A DNA stretch of 64,000 nt, from assembly GCA_965222615.1 (NCBI GenBank), contig CBDCUI010000007.1:640001-704000 (forward strand), in the 5' to 3' direction. Made by a program: the position numbers and the translations under genes. This DNA is from Gammaproteobacteria bacterium (GTDB taxonomy: Bacteria > Pseudomonadota > Gammaproteobacteria > UBA4575). Of the stretch, positions 13,833 through 24,884 are shown piece by piece (positions within the stretch are counted from its first letter, which is position 1; every line of letters begins with the position of its first letter). The notes below the pieces were generated by a model. That model did not search any database, was not told the origin of the DNA, and saw only the letters and a list, made by a program, of their open reading frames with translations.

Positions 13833-14175
13833 TACACGCAAATGAATCGTCGCGAAGCGACACCAATATATTTTTAAGTTGCATCAAGGATGATGCAACA
13901 GATTAAAGTCAGGGGAAATAGAAACAACAACGACACTGGACTGCCACGCAAGCTGTCGCTTGCTCGCAGTGACAGTTGTTCTTGTCTTTGCGAGCCAACT
14001 TTAGTTGGCGAAGCAATCTAGTAAGTACAGGGAAAACACTTGCGTGTGGGACACGTGCGCATGGGTATTATGCGCAAATGAATAGTGACGAAGTCACACA
14101 AACTGATTGAGAGTCGCAAATGAATCGTCGCGAAGCGACATCAATACTTTTTAAGTTGCATCAAGGATGATGCAA
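13806..14175. repeat. Composite structured direct repeat with an inserted REP-like doublet
   Basis: 24-nt block at 13806-13829 and 14027-14050; about 62-nt block at 13837-13898 and 14115-14175; partial variant at 14073-14099; inverted REP-like pair at 13935-14022. Confidence 0.85.
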
Positions 14176-14183
14176 TAGGCAAC

Positions 14184-14846
14184 TCAGAATTTTCTACCTA
14201 TACCAGCAAAAAATACCCACGGATCGATGTCAATATCGACATCGCGGTCCACACCACCAGTAGTTAATGTGGCATCGGCATCAATGTCTGCATACCAAAT
14301 TGCTGCATTTAAAAACCACTTGTCACCCATAGAGAAATCTGCTCCTGCTTGTGCAGCTAATCCCCATGAGTCGTCCACGTCTAAACGAGTACTTCCCCCT
14401 AGAGCGGCTTCAAGAGTTGATGAAACATCTTCATCGGGAAAATGAGTATAGTTTATCCCTATCCCGACATAGGGGTGTACACGAGCAGAGCCGGTAAAGT
14501 GGTACTGCAGAGATAAAGTTGGAGGGAAGACATCTACGTCAGCAATTTTACCTAGTGCACCGATCGCGTCTTTACCTTTCAAATCATGGTTAGATGGGGT
14601 CACCCCTAATAATTCAATGGCAAATTTTGAAGTAAGCATATAACCGATGGTGAATCCTAAAGTAACATCATTGTCTACACCAACTTCAGAATTTGGTATG
14701 CCATCTACATCATTACTACTATCGTTTGGCTCAATTAATGCTGGGCCAACTCTAGCAAACCAAGTTCCTTTATCATAAGCAAAACTAGAAGGTACAAAAA
14801 ACACTAGCAATAGAATTGCTAATACCGTATAGATCCTTATGCACAT
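14184..14846 (-). CDS. ompW: OmpW family outer membrane beta-barrel
   Basis: Signal peptide, PPTLSLQYHF, PYVGIGINYT, DSWGLAAQAG, IDPWV...G.G.KF with C-terminal Phe. Confidence 0.92.
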   Translation of the reverse strand: MCIRIYTVLAILLLVFFVPSSFAYDKGTWFARVGPALIEPNDSSNDVDGIPNSEVGVDNDVTLGFTIGYMLTSKFAIELLGVTPSNHDLKGKDAIGALGKIADVDVFPPTLSLQYHFTGSARVHPYVGIGINYTHFPDEDVSSTLEAALGGSTRLDVDDSWGLAAQAGADFSMGDKWFLNAAIWYADIDADATLTTGGVDRDVDIDIDPWVFFAGIGRKF

Positions 14847-14948
14847 GACTAGAAGTCCTTTAATAATATTTATTATTATGGTTTACATAAGCACAGTTAC
14901 ACCTGTGTTATGTCGATTGAAATAACTTCATCACCTTACTGTCTATTC

Positions 14949-15032
14949 AAGCTAACAAATTTACTTAAGCGCATTACTGATACAAATCAGATAAGAATAG
15001 TTTTATTTAAGTGGGTAACTGATGTAAATCAG
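14949..15032 (-). promoter_or_regulatory. FNR-family class II promoter of ompW with two CTGAT-N4-ATCAG boxes
   Basis: Palindromes CTGATACAAATCAG (14977-14990) and CTGATGTAAATCAG (15019-15032); extended -10 TGtTAGCTT on the minus strand (14957-14949). Confidence 0.65.
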
Positions 15033-15050
15033 ATTAAGAGTGGTTTTATC

Positions 15051-15089
15051 TAGAACCTATCTCAAAATGCATCTAACTCGCTGAATATT
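15051..15089. repeat. Truncated end of MITE-like family A
   Basis: CTCAAAATGCATCTAACTCGCTGAATATT resembles 10257 CTCAAAATGCATCTAGTTCACTGATATT. Confidence 0.5.
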
Positions 15090-15192
15090 TTTTAAAAACT
15101 TAAACCTTCATTTGAATTGTCAAGCAAAAGAAAGAAGTAATTACTATATTCAGCAAAATAAAAAATATTTTTTGTCTTATTAAAATAGATAA

Positions 15193-16095
15193 TTAATTGT
15201 GGTGGGCAATCCAATAGTGTAAAAAAATCCCTATAAAAATTACTAAACCAAAGTACTGATTATTTAAAAATGCGTATAAGCATCGATCTGCAAAACGATG
15301 TTTAATGAGAATTTGTTGAAAGATAAATAGGCCTGCCCCGACGGCAATTGCAGCATAATAAACCCAACTCATATTAGTATTAATACCGATCAGTATCAGA
15401 CAGACTAAGACTAAAAATTGCATAAACCCGATGGCTATTTTATCCATTGGACCCAGTAATATAGCGGTAGATTTAACTCCAATTTTCAAATCTTCTTCAC
15501 GGTCTGCCATGGCATAAATCGTGTCATATGCGGTGGTCCACAACACTGCAGTAGTAAAAAGTAACCATGCTATGGGTGGGGGGTAGGTGTTACTAGTTGC
15601 CGTAAATGCCATGGGAATAGACCAGGCAAAGGCGATTCCTAGGTGTACTTGTGGGAGAAAGTGCAAACGCTTCATAAATGGATAAGTCGCTGCAAGTAGT
15701 GCACCGGCAATCGCAAAATATACTGTTAGGCGATTTAAAAAAATGACTACCAATAAAAATGCCATCAATACAAGAACTGCAAATACGATTATGGCTTCAA
15801 TCGGTTGTATTGCTCCACTTGCAACGGGTCGCTGCTGTGTACGTGCAACAAATGGGTCAATATGGCGATCGGCATAATCATTGATGGCACAACCGGCAGA
15901 ACGCATTAATACAACCCCCAGCACGAAGACAATCAGTAACGAAAGCTGGGGAATTCCTTCTGCGGCAATAAATAAGGCCCATAAAGTTGGCCACAATAGT
16001 AGAAAGATACCTATGGGTTTGTCTAGACGTATTAAGCTTGCGTATAAAGCTAAGCGGCTTTCACTCGAAATAGATGATTTTGGTACTTGAATCAT
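15193..16095 (-). CDS. ubiA: 4-hydroxybenzoate octaprenyltransferase
   Basis: RLDKPIG.FLLLWP, MRSAGCAINDYADR..D, YDTIYAMADREEDLKIGVKSTA. Confidence 0.96.
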   Translation of the reverse strand: MIQVPKSSISSESRLALYASLIRLDKPIGIFLLLWPTLWALFIAAEGIPQLSLLIVFVLGVVLMRSAGCAINDYADRHIDPFVARTQQRPVASGAIQPIEAIIVFAVLVLMAFLLVVIFLNRLTVYFAIAGALLAATYPFMKRLHFLPQVHLGIAFAWSIPMAFTATSNTYPPPIAWLLFTTAVLWTTAYDTIYAMADREEDLKIGVKSTAILLGPMDKIAIGFMQFLVLVCLILIGINTNMSWVYYAAIAVGAGLFIFQQILIKHRFADRCLYAFLNNQYFGLVIFIGIFLHYWIAHHN

Positions 16096-16940
16096 GTTTT
16101 AGTTGATGGCCGAAAGTAGTTTAATGCCATCGTTGTATCTGGGCGTTTGCCACGCCATAGATAAAATGATTCTGCAGCTTGTTCTAATAACATACCAAAG
16201 CCGTCTACTACTTTTTCTGCACCACAGGCTTTACTCCACTGCATAAAAGCTGTGTCGTTATCGCTATATACAAGATCGTAGCAACACGTTTGAGGGGAAA
16301 TTATTTCAGAAGGTAATTGCAATTCACTACTGTGTAATGCTGCCGAGGTAGCATGGATGACCAAATCAAATGGTCGTGTCGGTATTTGGTCGATTGCACA
16401 TGGTTGAATTTTACCGATGCTCTTAAAGTTTTCTGCTAATAATTGCGCTTTGTGCAAGGTGCGATTCGCAATAATAAGTTCCGCAGGGTTTTCTTTTAAT
16501 AGTGGTTCAACGATACCTTGTGTTGCACCGCCAGCACCGATAATTAGAATGTCTTTGTTTAATAATTGTAGGTGTATTGTTTTTTTTAAATCACGTAATA
16601 AACCAATTCCGTCCGTATTAGCGCCAAGATACCTGCCGTTTTCTTGTAAGATAATAGTATTTACCGCACCTGCATGTTTGGCATACTCAGTATGTTCATC
16701 CACAAACTTAAATGCGTCGGTTTTAAAAGGCACGGTTACATTTAAACCCTTGCCACCGCTGTTAAAAAATTCAGTTGCTACTTCTGTAAAGCTGTTTTCT
16801 TCAGCGAATATTTTTTCATAATGAATATGCTCGCCGGTTTGATCTGCAAATAAGTGATGTATTTCAGGTGATTTACTATGCGTGATGGGATTGCCAATCA
16901 CTGCATAACGATCAGGTGTTTTATTAATTTTTTTTTGCAT
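16092..16940 (-). CDS. aroE: Shikimate dehydrogenase
   Basis: GNPITHSKSP, NVTVPFK, AVNT, NTDG.G, GAGGA, GMLLEQAA. Confidence 0.96.
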   Translation of the reverse strand: MQKKINKTPDRYAVIGNPITHSKSPEIHHLFADQTGEHIHYEKIFAEENSFTEVATEFFNSGGKGLNVTVPFKTDAFKFVDEHTEYAKHAGAVNTIILQENGRYLGANTDGIGLLRDLKKTIHLQLLNKDILIIGAGGATQGIVEPLLKENPAELIIANRTLHKAQLLAENFKSIGKIQPCAIDQIPTRPFDLVIHATSAALHSSELQLPSEIISPQTCCYDLVYSDNDTAFMQWSKACGAEKVVDGFGMLLEQAAESFYLWRGKRPDTTMALNYFRPSTKT

Positions 16941-17048
16941 CGAATTTTGTGCTTCATTGACACATGCGGTAGCTGCAGTATTAAATACGATGAGTATATG
17001 GGAGGTAAAAATATCTAAAGCTGAAAGTATGCAATATGTTTAATAAAG

Positions 17049-18053
<1,005 letters not shown>

Positions 18054-18178
18054 TTAATACGATTATTTTGTAACAGGTACTAGGTAACTAGCGATATTAT
18101 CAAAGCTGACGCATGAATAATGAGTGGATGACTAAGTTGACCAAGATTATGAGTTTAACGGTCAGAAAGCCATGCTAT

Positions 18179-19087
18179 TTACGTCAGCCAATCACGAACT
18201 GGTAGAAATTCCGTGTACAATTTCTCTTCTTCGCTGCCTGGTTCAGGTTGCCAGTTGTATTGCCAACGCACCTGGGGTGGTAATGACATCAATATAGACT
18301 CGGTGCGGCCACCTGATTGTAGGCCGAATAAAGTACCGCGATCATATACCAAATTGAACTCGACATAACGCCCACGGCGGTACAATTGAAAACCGCGTTC
18401 ACGTTCACTATAAGGTAAATCTTTGCGACGTTCGACAATGGGCAAGTAGGCCTCTAGAAAATGATCACCGACGCTTTTGATTAACTGAAAATCTTTTTCA
18501 AAGTCACCAGTGCAATAATCATCAAAAAATAAGCCACCGATACCGCGCGCTTCATTACGATGTTTTAAAAAGAAATACTCATCACACCACTGTTTAAATT
18601 TTGCATACAGGTTTTCATCAACAACATCACAGGCCTGTTTAGCAATTTGGTGCCAAAACACTGCATCTTCTTCAAAGCCGTAATAAGGAGTTAGATCAAA
18701 TCCACCCCCAAACCACCATGCTGCAGGTTCGTTTTCTTTTTCAGCGATGAAAAAGCGTACATTACAATGTGTGGTGGGCACATAAGGATTGGTTGGATGA
18801 AAGACTAACGATACCCCCATTGCTTGAAAGTTACGTCCCGCGAGTTCCGGACGTTGACTAGTTGCGGAAGGCGGAAGTTGCTCACCATAGACATGCGAAA
18901 GACCGATTCCTGCTTGCTCAAATATCCCTCCATTTTGAAGAATACGCGTTCTCCCGCCACCACCTTCAGGGCGTTGCCACATATCCGTTTGAAACTTTGC
19001 AATCTTATCGACAGTTTCTAATTGTTCGCAGATATGATCTTGCAAGCTATGCAAGTATTTTAGAATTTCATCAATATTTCGTGTCAT
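18179..19087 (-). CDS. hemF: Oxygen-dependent coproporphyrinogen III oxidase
   Basis: [50 protein letters not shown]. Confidence 0.98.
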   Translation of the reverse strand: MTRNIDEILKYLHSLQDHICEQLETVDKIAKFQTDMWQRPEGGGGRTRILQNGGIFEQAGIGLSHVYGEQLPPSATSQRPELAGRNFQAMGVSLVFHPTNPYVPTTHCNVRFFIAEKENEPAAWWFGGGFDLTPYYGFEEDAVFWHQIAKQACDVVDENLYAKFKQWCDEYFFLKHRNEARGIGGLFFDDYCTGDFEKDFQLIKSVGDHFLEAYLPIVERRKDLPYSERERGFQLYRRGRYVEFNLVYDRGTLFGLQSGGRTESILMSLPPQVRWQYNWQPEPGSEEEKLYTEFLPVRDWLT

Positions 19088-19093
19088 ATCTCT

Positions 19094-19651
19094 TTACCGG
19101 TTGCTACGTAGCGTTTTTCCACTGACTAGATCACGCACTACACTAGGTGATCCAGTTCCTAGAGTGCCTATCATTACATAGTCTAAGTGTGGACCAAACC
19201 AATCTTTCAATTGTTGCTGATTTATAGCAGTTGAATAAGTAGAAAAATTGGCGCTAGTGGATACAATTGCCTCACAATGATCACATAATTTTTTTGCGAT
19301 TGGATGTTGAGCTATACGTATTGCAACTTTATCGTGTCTTCCCTTAATCCAAGCAGGCACGGATTTATTTGCAGGCACTAACCAGGTAGTTGGTGCTTCA
19401 TTGAGAGCAGCTTCGATGAGTGAGCATTGTTCTCGTGACAATGTTTGGGTAAAAGTCTTTAATCTGTCTAGATTGGCTACCAATAGGATTAGGCCGTTTT
19501 CGGGGCTACGCCTTTTTAGCCACAAAATACTTGCAACCGCTTTCTTATTAAAAGGGTCGCAGCCGAGACCTAAAATGGTTTCTGTTGAGTACGCGATTAC
19601 ACCGCCTCTTTTTATGATCGTGGCGGCTTGGGAAATATTATTAGCGAGCAA
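19094..19651 (-). CDS. tsaC: L-threonylcarbamoyladenylate synthase (YrdC/TsaC)
   Basis: GGVIAYSTET..GLGCDP, LKRR, STSAN; located between topA and hemF. Confidence 0.9.
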   Translation of the reverse strand: MLANNISQAATIIKRGGVIAYSTETILGLGCDPFNKKAVASILWLKRRSPENGLILLVANLDRLKTFTQTLSREQCSLIEAALNEAPTTWLVPANKSVPAWIKGRHDKVAIRIAQHPIAKKLCDHCEAIVSTSANFSTYSTAINQQQLKDWFGPHLDYVMIGTLGTGSPSVVRDLVSGKTLRSNR

Positions 19652-19689
19652 AACTATAGATTTATTTTAAAAAAACTTATTTTGTCGAG

Positions 19690-22110
19690 TCACTGATTTT
19701 TCTTAGTAGTTTTTTTCTTGGCTGCAGTTTTCTTTTTGCTGGCTTTTTTCTTCGTAGTGGATTTTTTCTTTGTCGTGGTTTTTTTCTTGGGTGATTTCTT
19801 TTTTGCGGCTTTTTTGCCGCGACGCCATGATTTTTTCTTGGGCGCTTCGGCAATCATTTTTTCACACTCTTCTAGTGTAAGTGCTGCAGGTTCTTGATCT
19901 TTGGGAATTTTTACATTTTTGTTGCCGTCTGTAACATAGGGCCCGTAACGGCCATTTAAGACTTGTATGTTTTGTTCTTCGAATACTTTAATTATTTTGT
20001 TTGCATCGGCAATTTTCTTTTCAGCAATAACTTCAAGTGCACGTTCTAAGCCTATCGTATAAGGGTCGTCATCCTTTATCGAGACATATTTACTGCCGTA
20101 TTTAACATAGGGGCCAAAGCGGCCAATACTGGCTTGTACCGGTTCACCTTCGGCGGTTTCTCCAAGTTTACGCGGCAGTTTAAATAGCTCCATGGCCTCA
20201 TCGAAGGTAATTTCCGCCATTTTTTGTCCCGGGCGTAGACCAGCAAACTTTGGTTTTTCTTCATCGTCACGAGTGCCAATTTGTACAAATGGACCATATC
20301 GACCCATACGTACACTGACCGGTTTGCCAGTTTTAGGATCAATGCCGAGTTCTCGCGCTTGTACGGCTTCTTCACGTGAGACGCTTTTTTCTTTATCTAT
20401 AACAAGGGTGTTAAATGGTTTCCAATAGGCATGTAAGACTGGTACTAATTCTTTTTCACCACGTGAGATTTCATCCAGCTCATCTTCAAGCTTAGCAGTG
20501 AAATCATAATCGACATATTGTGTAAAATGTTTAGTAAGAAAGTCGTTTACCAGCCGGCCCATCTCGGTTGGTGTAAAACGTCGATTTTCGAGTTCGGCAT
20601 ATTCGCGATTTTGCAAAGTCGAAATAATGCTTGCATAAGTTGAAGGTCGGCCAATTCCATATTCTTCGAGCATCTTGACTAGACTGGCTTCCGTAAATCT
20701 TGGTGGTGGTTCAGTAAAATGTTGTTCGGCACGAATTTCATGGAGTGCAACCTCCTCACCAATTTCTAAATTTGGCAACATGCGCTCATCAGATTCTTCT
20801 TTTTTATCATCTAATCCTTCTTGATAGACTTGTATAAAGCCTGGGTTTTTAATCGATGAACCCGTGGCGCGGAAAACATTACCTGGCCCACAGTCGAATT
20901 CTATCGCTACTAGATTTAGAGTCGCATGAATCATTTGACTGGCGACGGCACGTTTCCAAATTAAGCTATAAAGCTTGTATTGATCGGCTGAAAGAAATTT
21001 TTTAATTTCATCAGGAGCGCGTAAGAAAGAAGTAGGGCGAATAGCCTCATGTGCTTCCTGGGCATTTTTAGATTTTGTCTTAAAGACACGTACTTCTTCA
21101 GGTAAATTATCTTTCCCAAAGCGTTGCACGATATAGTCTCGTAATTCACTCAGCGCCTCTTGCGCCAACGCAACTGAATCTGTACGCATATAAGTGACCA
21201 GACCTACAGCCCCATCACCTAAGTCTATACCTTCATATAACTGCTGTGCCACACGCATGGTTTTTTGTGCAGAGAATCTTAATTTGCGCACAGCTTCTTG
21301 TTGTAGAGTAGAGGTAATAAAAGGAGCGGCAGGATTTCGTTTGCGTTCTTTTTTATCTACAGTTTTAACTGTGAGCTTGCCATTGGCGTTTTTCTCAAGC
21401 AATTGTTTGGCATCGACGGCATCTTTTTCGTTATTAATATCAAACTGCTCAAGTTTTTTGTCTCGATAAATACTGAGTTTTGATATGAATGCCTGTTTGT
21501 CTTTTTCACAGTCCGCTTCAATTGTCCAATATTCTTGTGGTACAAATTTCTCTATTTCTTCTTCACGCTCGCAAAGTAACCGTAACGCAGGACTTTGTAC
21601 CCTACCTGCAGATAGTCCACGTTTGATTTTTTTCCATAACAATGGCGATAGATTAAAACCCACCAAGTAATCCATGGCGCGTCGTGCTTGTTGTGCACTG
21701 ATTAAATCGTCTGACAATGTGCGGGGATTTTCTATGGCGTCACTGACTGCACGTTTAGTAATTTCATGAAACACTACGCGGAAGACATCCTTTTCATCTA
21801 GTAAACCGCGTTCTTTTAGAATTTCGTAAAGATGCCAAGAAATGGCTTCACCCTCACGATCAGGGTCGGTGGCGAGATATAGGGCCTGCGCTTTTTTTAA
21901 GGCTTTAGATATGGCAGCTACGTGTTTTTCGTTTTTTTCAATAATTTCATATTTCATTTCGAAGTCATTATCAGGGTCTACTGCGCCTTCTTTTGGAATT
22001 AGATCACGCACATGTCCATAAGATGCCAATACACCAAAATCTTTGCCAAGGTATTTTTCTATGGTTTTGGCTTTGGCAGGAGATTCAACAATGACTAAAT
22101 TTTTACTCAT
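19690..22110 (-). CDS. topA: DNA topoisomerase I
   Basis: LVIVESPAKAKTI, ATDPDREGE, SAGRVQS, TYMRTDS, AHEAIRPT, GIGRPSTY; GR(Y/F)GP C-terminal repeats and a Lys-rich tail. Confidence 0.98.
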   Translation of the reverse strand: MSKNLVIVESPAKAKTIEKYLGKDFGVLASYGHVRDLIPKEGAVDPDNDFEMKYEIIEKNEKHVAAISKALKKAQALYLATDPDREGEAISWHLYEILKERGLLDEKDVFRVVFHEITKRAVSDAIENPRTLSDDLISAQQARRAMDYLVGFNLSPLLWKKIKRGLSAGRVQSPALRLLCEREEEIEKFVPQEYWTIEADCEKDKQAFISKLSIYRDKKLEQFDINNEKDAVDAKQLLEKNANGKLTVKTVDKKERKRNPAAPFITSTLQQEAVRKLRFSAQKTMRVAQQLYEGIDLGDGAVGLVTYMRTDSVALAQEALSELRDYIVQRFGKDNLPEEVRVFKTKSKNAQEAHEAIRPTSFLRAPDEIKKFLSADQYKLYSLIWKRAVASQMIHATLNLVAIEFDCGPGNVFRATGSSIKNPGFIQVYQEGLDDKKEESDERMLPNLEIGEEVALHEIRAEQHFTEPPPRFTEASLVKMLEEYGIGRPSTYASIISTLQNREYAELENRRFTPTEMGRLVNDFLTKHFTQYVDYDFTAKLEDELDEISRGEKELVPVLHAYWKPFNTLVIDKEKSVSREEAVQARELGIDPKTGKPVSVRMGRYGPFVQIGTRDDEEKPKFAGLRPGQKMAEITFDEAMELFKLPRKLGETAEGEPVQASIGRFGPYVKYGSKYVSIKDDDPYTIGLERALEVIAEKKIADANKIIKVFEEQNIQVLNGRYGPYVTDGNKNVKIPKDQEPAALTLEECEKMIAEAPKKKSWRRGKKAAKKKSPKKKTTTKKKSTTKKKASKKKTAAKKKTTKKNQ

Positions 22111-22321
22111 TTGGTTAAAATTGTTTAAAACTATTAATTAATTTCAATCTAAATTCATCCTTGTACTTCGAAAGAATGATATTCGCGGCGAACTAATACG
22201 CGTTTATTACGCTTTTGTAAATGCTTAATGGTAATTTTTTTATGATAGCAAGTGACATAAGCTGCAAGCTGAAGCCTAGTCTAAGAGGTAGTACAATGCT
22301 GCTCGGCGTTTATATTTAAGT

Positions 22322-23437
22322 TCATTGAGTGCGTATATAGACCCCATTGCCATTATGCGTGACATGGCCATTCAGCTCTAAAATCAAAAGGATAGAAGAG
22401 ACCACCTCGACACTAAGCCCACTTTGATTGATCAAGTTGTCGATACTTATTGGCTCATAACCCATGCAGTCAAGTAATTTTTTATGTTCTGGATCCAAAT
22501 CATGATCACTAGATACACAAGGTTTCGTTAATGAATTTTCAATTTGGTTCAGATCTATATATTGTTTCAGCTCTTCTAAAATGTCATCAACCGTCTCGAC
22601 AAGTTTTGCGCCGCTACGGATAAGCTGATGACAGCCTTTGCTGTGCGGACTGTGTATGGATCCAGGAATTGCAAATATTTCTCGACCTTGTTCACCGGCA
22701 AGGCGAGCTGTAATTAAGGAACCACTTTGCGTGGACGCTTCCACCACCAAAACTCCTAAGCTTAAGCCACTAATAATTCGGTTGCGACGTGGGAAATGCC
22801 CAGGTTTAGGCATGCTGCCAATTTGAAATTCGGAAATGATAAGACCGCGCTGCGCAATTTGTTCGGCTAATTTTTTATGCTCAGCAGGATACACACGGTC
22901 AAGCCCACAAGCTGCTACTGCTATGGTTGTCCCAATCTGTGTTTGTAATGCTCCCTGATGCGCAGCACCATCGATACCACTTGCTAATCCACTGGTGATA
23001 ATTATTCCAGATTGGGCCAGTTTTTGTGCGAATTCTGCTGCGATTTGTTTGCCACTATTACTTGCATTGCGACTGCCGACTATTGCAAGTTGCGGTTCAG
23101 ATAACAACGCTAAGACATCAGCTTGACTTCCAATCACATATAACGCAATAGGCGGATCGGCAATTTGTTTTAGTAAGCTTGGATAGGCAGTGTCTTCGAT
23201 CGTTACTAAATAATGGTTATCCTGTTGCAACCATTTAAGGTCCTCAACAATTTCTGCTTCATTGGGCTCAAGGATCCCTTCAATAACTGAATTTACGATA
23301 CCAATAGCAGTTAACTCGCTACATTTAGCATTTAAAATCGCCTCTGCTGTACCAAAGTGCTGTAATAATTTACTAAATGTGATCGGGCCTAGCTGATCGA
23401 TATGAATGAGTGTTAACCACTCCTTATGTGAAGGCAT
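22322..23437 (-). CDS. dprA: DNA-processing protein DprA (Smf)
   Basis: AIVGSR, SGLASGID..AH, FPRRNRIISG, SGSLITA, PGSI.SP.S.GCH.LI. Confidence 0.96.
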   Translation of the reverse strand: MPSHKEWLTLIHIDQLGPITFSKLLQHFGTAEAILNAKCSELTAIGIVNSVIEGILEPNEAEIVEDLKWLQQDNHYLVTIEDTAYPSLLKQIADPPIALYVIGSQADVLALLSEPQLAIVGSRNASNSGKQIAAEFAQKLAQSGIIITSGLASGIDGAAHQGALQTQIGTTIAVAACGLDRVYPAEHKKLAEQIAQRGLIISEFQIGSMPKPGHFPRRNRIISGLSLGVLVVEASTQSGSLITARLAGEQGREIFAIPGSIHSPHSKGCHQLIRSGAKLVETVDDILEELKQYIDLNQIENSLTKPCVSSDHDLDPEHKKLLDCMGYEPISIDNLINQSGLSVEVVSSILLILELNGHVTHNGNGVYIRTQ

Positions 23438-23540
23438 GCGCTATGCTTATTATTTTTTTCCCATTGTAGCGACTATGGGATGAAAGCGGAAAACGGCAAA
23501 GGTTATTGTTTTAGACCTAGGGTCTTAAGATAAAGTTTAC

Positions 23541-24746
23541 TTAGGGGTTTACCACGGAATCTCCGACTTGAATTGGTCGAGAAGTATCCATAATCAAGGC
23601 ATAACTGACTTTTTCATAAGTACGAAATACCATGGCAACTCCTGCAGTCTCTTCGGGTAGTTGTACGTCCACTAGCGAACCGGGCTTTTCAAATGGATCT
23701 TGAATGACGCGGCCGGCTTGATTCACGGCCAATACATGACCTTTTTCAATGCCATTGCGATTGCCTAGGTTCAGGGTGATTACTTGAAAGGTGCCAACTT
23801 GAGTAATGGCATCAAACAGTGAAATCACATAGCCATAAACCTCGTTGCTGGGGGCATGCGGTACAAATTCGGTGTCAATATCACTGAAGTCGATTGGCAA
23901 TAAGCGATCACCACGCAATGCTTCACGTTTAGTTTCTGCCAGGTCAAAGGTGGCCGGATCATCTAAGCGTATGATTTCCCCGTCACCCACCATAATCGCT
24001 TCATAGCCAAGTAATTCCTCGGTTTTTGGATCATAGAGTGCATCTCCGGCGCGAAACACCGTATATTTATCTTGTGTGTTGGCATCGAGCCCACGTACAT
24101 AAACACGATCTCCACTACCAAAAGCTAAGCGTTCTTCTTGAGAGCCGACAATATAGGGCGCAGCTTCCAACACCTCTTCGCTTACCACTTGAGGCCGAAT
24201 AATAAACTGTTGGATGGCTTGAATCGGGATACCATAGGCACTGGCGTCGATGTCCTCACTGCGAATTTGCGGTGATAGTCGTTCCGCTCCGGCAATGCGT
24301 GGGCCACCGCCAACGGTGAGATAAGGCTTGCCACCGACGTAAAATAATGTAATGACATCTCCAGGGTAAATTAGATGAGGATTTTTAATTTGTGGGTTTA
24401 CATACCAAATCTCAGGCCAATACCAGGGTTCCACTAAAAAACGATTGGATAGGTCCCATAAGGTATCGCCAGGGACCACGGTATACTGTTCTGGCGCGGA
24501 AGCGCGAAATTCCACATTGTGTTGCTGAGGAGAAACTGGCAGATCTTCAAGTCTAGGTTCCATCGAATCGGGAAGTCCCTGGGTTTCGGTGGAACTTACT
24601 TCAACTGCAGGCTCACCAATCTCTACTCCACTATTGTCTTCATCGGATTCAGAGGAGGTCGTGGTGCATGCCGCGAGACTCGCAACAAAAACCATAATAA
24701 TCAATTGCTTAAGTAAGGTAAGATGAATTTTATAATTCCCCAGCAT
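23541..24746 (-). CDS. LysM peptidoglycan-binding lipoprotein (TsaP-like)
   Basis: Lipobox LAAC; YTVVPGDTLWDLS..FL..PW.WPEIW..NPQIKNPHLIYPGD; usual position between def and dprA. Confidence 0.88.
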   Translation of the reverse strand: MLGNYKIHLTLLKQLIIMVFVASLAACTTTSSESDEDNSGVEIGEPAVEVSSTETQGLPDSMEPRLEDLPVSPQQHNVEFRASAPEQYTVVPGDTLWDLSNRFLVEPWYWPEIWYVNPQIKNPHLIYPGDVITLFYVGGKPYLTVGGGPRIAGAERLSPQIRSEDIDASAYGIPIQAIQQFIIRPQVVSEEVLEAAPYIVGSQEERLAFGSGDRVYVRGLDANTQDKYTVFRAGDALYDPKTEELLGYEAIMVGDGEIIRLDDPATFDLAETKREALRGDRLLPIDFSDIDTEFVPHAPSNEVYGYVISLFDAITQVGTFQVITLNLGNRNGIEKGHVLAVNQAGRVIQDPFEKPGSLVDVQLPEETAGVAMVFRTYEKVSYALIMDTSRPIQVGDSVVNP

Positions 24747-24884
24747 AGGTCGCTTTATCCCTTGTCATAGATGATTTTTTGTTAAACTAGAGCGCATAGA
24801 AATCCCTGGTTACAAGCGGGTATTCTATAGTCGCGAGGTTAAAAGACAATACTTAAGTGAACTTATAATTTATTCTGTAACTCA

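Noticed and set aside
13806-14175. Mini-CRISPR or integron attC interpretation of the repeats
   Set aside because: Only 2-3 irregularly spaced copies of unequal blocks, no constant spacer length, no RYYYAAC/GTTRRRY cassette boundaries, and no cas or intI gene.
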